From positions 30,016,001 through 30,080,000 of the forward strand of contig CP068257.2 of NCBI GenBank assembly GCA_009914755.4: 64,000 nucleotides of DNA, read 5' to 3'. Position numbers and translations under genes: made by a program. Positions within the stretch are counted from its first letter, which is position 1. Every line of letters starts with the position of its first letter. The notes under the pieces were generated by a model, which was not told where the DNA came from, searched no databases, and saw only the letters and a program-made list of their open reading frames with translations. Source of the stretch: the human T2T-CHM13v2.0 reference genome, Homo sapiens. Positions 59,193 through 64,000 of the stretch are shown here, piece by piece.

Positions 59193-59350
59193 GCCAGCCA
59201 TGGTGGCGCACACCTGTAATCCCAGCTACTCAGGAGGCTGAGGCATGAGAACTGCTTGAACCCAGGAGGTGGAGGTTGCAGTGAGCCAAGACTGCATCAC
59301 TGCACTCCAGCCTGGGCAACAGAGCAAGACTTTGTTTCCAAAAAACACAA
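59193..59350 (+). mobile_element. Alu right-arm fragment
   Basis: tagccagccatggtggcgcacacctgtaatcccagctactcaggaggctgagg... Confidence 0.75.
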
Positions 59351-60092
59351 ACAAAAGGGGAAAACCAAATTTAACAAATCTCACAACAGTAAATCTACAG
59401 CCATCAGGTGCTTCCATGAGACTTAACCACATACTTCCCCCAAAGGGTTAAATCCAACCAAAACATAGAGTCCATAGAGGGTTATAAAGATAAAATCCTG
59501 ACATTAAGAAACATATCTACCTTCTTAAATTATTGTTTTTGTTTGGTTTAACCATAAGCATACACTTACCTGGGACTTCCAAAAGATATTGTGAAGTAAG
59601 TTTCAGAGATCCCAACATTATGAAACTCATATGAATCACATTTCCATTCTTTCAATTTATGTCAATATTCCAAATATGGAGCCCTAGGGTATGAACCTTT
59701 ACTAGACCACTAGCTAAGAGGCTAGACTAAAATATGAGTGTTTTCTCAGAGTAAACAGCCCCACCTAGCAGTGTATCCTAAAAATTTAGACAATTTTCAC
59801 ATCTTTTCAAAACTACAGACATCAGTAACAATTTTAGAAAAGGCATGGAATGCCAAATATAATCAATAAAAAACCAGATAACTACTTAAGCAGAAAATAT
59901 AATTTTTCCATAAGATACAGAAAACAGAGAAAACACTAAGATATTAACACAGGATTTCATTTTAATAAAAGGATTCTCTAAATACGGCTGCAATTCTTCA
60001 TTGTATTACTTCATTTACCAATGTAATAAAAAAATTATCTTTGAGAATAAAACGCTCACTAACTGAAAGGCAATTAGAAAAGAAACAGTAAG

Positions 60093-60366
60093 GCCAGGCG
60101 CGGTGGCTCATGCCTGTAATCCCAGCACTTTGGGAGGCCTAGGTGGGCGGTTCACCTGAGGTCAGGAGTTCGAGACCAGCCTGGCCAACGTGGCGAAACC
60201 TCATCTCTACTATAAATACAAAATGGTGGCGGGCACCTGTAGTCCCAGCTACTTGGGAGGCTGAGGCAGGAGAATCGCTTGAACCCAGGAGGCGGACAGA
60301 GGTTGCAGTAAGCCAAGATCGCGCCACTGCACGCCAGGCCAGGCGACAGAGCGAGACTCTGTCTTT

Positions 60367-60399
<33 letters not shown>

Positions 60400-60415
60400 G
60401 AAATAACAAATCCTT
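60093..60415 (+). mobile_element. Alu with (GAAAA)n tail
   Basis: ggccaggcgcggtggctcatgcctgtaatcc...aaaagaaaagaaaagaaaagaaaaagaaa. Confidence 0.9.
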
Positions 60416-62197
60416 AAAATTATACAAACCAGTAAGAAACAATTTAACATATTTCAACTTAAACACAAATTCTAAAAATATCAACACTGTATGATTTATA
60501 AATATGTAGCATACATTTATAAAAGGTATATTCTGTTATAAAATCTATTAAGACAGTTGCTTATTATTGTTCTATTTTCTATACCTTAACACAGTGAAAG
60601 GGGATGCAAAAACAAAAACAAAAACCCATAGGTCTTAATGAACACACCCACACACATTTAATTCTTGGGTTGTCTCCACAACTCTTCAATGATTTATGCA
60701 AAAATCCTGAAGAAACTAGAAACCCTCCCTTCCTTGTTCTCAACCTCCTGAGTCAAGACCACTTCTTGATGTGATTCATGCCAAACACTTAAGACACTGC
60801 TATATTTTGGATAGATTAAATCTTTAATAATAAAGTAGAAGCAATAAGGGGCCTTTCCACGTAGAAAGTCAAGAGGGTGAGGATGGCCAGGAGCCAAGAA
60901 AGGGAATCTAAATGTATATCCAAGGCAGTCTGGAACTTTCATGCAGGTACAAGAAACTTATGTCAAAGTAGCCACAAGATTATTTCATAGGAGATGAACA
61001 AATGTGACGCCCTGTTTACTGCTAAAAATCAAAGCTTTGTGTGAAATCTCTAATTTATGGAGAAGCTAGGTAAGAAAGCCTTCACCTGTCTGTTCTTTTC
61101 CTGATCCCTTCTCCTCATTTCCTGAAATGTAGAGACTGAGGCCCACTGGGCACTGGTATCCCCATCACTGTGGGGGTGGGGGGGAGCGTCTATTTTGATG
61201 GTTGATTTTGCTGAACCAGGTACTTCCTTTCCCATTTTCTAATGATTTTGTAACATACAAACTGACTCTTTTCCCTTCCCTTCTCCTTCCCCTGGGAAAA
61301 TACAACGAATAAATACTTACTGGTACTGAAACTGTCAAAAAAAAAAAAAAGAAAGAAAGAAAGAAAGAAATGAGCAACAGTAAGAACTACTTCTCTGGTC
61401 ATTAAAAGCTTAGAGTAAATTTTAAGGAAACCTAAGCCAGAGCTAATATTCATCTAATGCCCCCAAAAAGCACTTCTTTATCATTTCAGCAGTAAGCAAC
61501 TCACTAAATTAACAGCCAAATGAACATACAAGACAGACTAGTGTAGCTTTTAAGGAAACACTCTATAGTCTCTATTTAAAAAATTAAAAGTAAAGACTAT
61601 ACCACCTAACAGTATAACCATCATTCAGACAAAAGACCAGCAAGAGAACAGTCAGGTACCATAATCTGAGACAGCTGCAGAGTATTACTACATTCCATAA
61701 AAATATTATTTGGGAAGAGAAGAGGTAACCAACATTTGAGTGCTTTACCAGGCAGCAATGAGTTTAAGTGATATGTTGTATTTTTTACTTAATCATGTTA
61801 ACTAAGGCAGATCTGTTACACCTGTTTTGAGATGATACTTAAAAAAAAAAAAAAAGGGTCATATCTGTTTTAGATGATGCCTAGGCCATGATCTGAACTA
61901 ATATTTGTTGATTCTAAAGTTCACACTCCCTAACAACATACCCATACCCATACCTGATACAATGCTGCATACAGACTAAATTTGTGCAGAGACCATTAAC
62001 TATGAAAAGGAATATAGGGGGAAAAAAAAAATCCAGGAAGGCATCTGTGCCTGCCTGTATATTGTCTGGATTCAGGGATAACAATGAAACATACTGAATT
62101 TAATTTGGGATGCCTACTAAATATCTAGGCAGAGAAAGAAATATGGATCTTGAATGTGTAAGAGATCCAGGCTAGAAATGGAAAGGTTATAGAACTA

Positions 62198-62599
<402 letters not shown>

Positions 62600-64000
62600 T
62601 CAATGTAGCAGAGAAAAAACCTGCAAAAATGAGCACCAGGACAAAGTAGAATCCCAGAAATTAGAGACATCTGGCATAGCCAAATGCTACAAGAGGTTAA
62701 TCAGGATGCAAAACAAATCTTGTTTATTTAGTTTGGCAATTAGGTGAATGCAAGTGACATCAGTTTTTGAAAGTGATTCCAAATTCCAACTGGTTAAGGA
62801 ATGAGTGGCAGGCAAGGAAACAGAAATGCATTTTTGGCTCATTTTTCATTAATTCAACAAATATCTGAGAGCTTAGTAAGTGGCAAGCTGAGTGTTTCGT
62901 ATATAAAAAGGAGACAGGACCATGTTTCAAAGCTTTTTTATAAATGACCACCCTTACTTATATCTTATTTGTTAGCATTATAAAGTTTCCATCACATCAC
63001 TTTCTTTCTTTTTTTAAACTCCTGAGTTCAAGTGATCCTCCCATCTCAGCTTCCCCAGCAGCTGGAACTATAGGCATGTGCCACCCCACCAGAGAAGTTT
63101 CTTTTGGGATGACTTTTATTCTCCTTTACCAACATTTTTCTTAAAATTTCAAGCTGTGCATTTGCATTTGATATAATTTACGAAGAAAAACACTACAGGG
63201 AAATACAGATTTTTCAAAATTGGAGGTTTGCAAAATCACCTTTTAACAGTCAATGAATGCTGTTAATATTTTATTGACTTATTTAATGCACAAATTCACC
63301 AAACGGTCTCTACCTTTTGCAAGACAAAAAAGTTCCCTGATACCTACAGCAATGCCTTCACTGAACAGATACAGAAATCCAGAAATTACGCTGATACTTT
63401 GACATAGAGGATATGAATTGATATACTTTCCTGGTAAGCATGTACATTGACACTGTCCATTTGGACAGAAATAGTAACAACCTTTATGGTGAGGCAGATG
63501 TTATCATTCCATTTTACAGATGATAGCACTGAGGCTCAACAATCTGCTCAGTTATAAAGTTAATTAAGTGGTAAAATTCAATCTGTAATCAACCATTTCC
63601 CAAAACTCTAATTCTTTTAACTAGTACCTAACAATAACAAAATTATTTCAAATATATTAGCCCAGAAGAATAGTGTACAGATAGTAAAGATAAAAAGGAC
63701 TGTACAGCTATGTTAAGTGGGGAAAAATTGCAATGTGGACCCAAACTAGAAAGTAATATACTAATATATAATTGTTATGAGGAGTTGAACCCAAGAATTT
63801 TTTAAAGAAAAAAATTAAGTGGCACAGAGGTATAAAGTGATGTGCCTACCCAAGCAACAAGTTAGAGGCGATATAAATTACTAAAATAGGGTCAATTTTT
63901 TGATGCTTTAAATGACCCTACAATACTGAGTGTGGTGACTTAGGAAGAAAGTGTCAGCATGATTTATTTAGATGATCAAAATACTGATCAAATTTCAATT

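Overview
This window is human genomic DNA, not a prokaryotic or accessory-genome region. It carries the complete SOD1 gene (Cu/Zn superoxide dismutase, chr21q22.11) on the + strand, from about 11.67 to 20.9 kb. I recognised it from the exact protein sequence [24 protein letters not shown]...GVIGIAQ. Five coding exons reconstruct the 154-aa protein (465 nt including stop). Upstream of it sits a TATA, inverted-CCAAT and GC-box core promoter inside a CpG island.

Downstream and convergent lies the 3' two-thirds of SCAF4 (SR-related CTD-associated factor 4) on the - strand. Nineteen exons sit in the window; exon 1 lies beyond 64 kb. All exons are linked by frame-consistent GT-AG junctions encoding the CID, Q/P-rich, RS, RRM, Pro-rich and C-terminal RD/RE-rich regions. 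The two genes end about 2.1 kb apart, 3' end to 3' end.

The rest is primate interspersed repeat. There are roughly 30 Alu copies. A 1.3-kb sense-oriented LTR12C solo LTR is inserted into an Alu 4.4 kb upstream of the SOD1 TSS. Ancient L1 ORF2 fragments and several microsatellites or homopolymer tracts are also present.

I found no evidence of an undescribed system. The most interesting observations are architectural: the GC (non-GT) donor of SOD1 intron 1, inverted Alus flanking SOD1 exon 2, the NF-Y-box-rich LTR12C upstream of SOD1, a 120-nt H-DNA-type polypyrimidine tract, a NAGNAG acceptor in SCAF4, and a C-rich element next to the SCAF4 penultimate donor.

Exon coordinates were derived by hand from the sequence and the ORF track. 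Treat them as accurate to a few nucleotides, not guaranteed exact.
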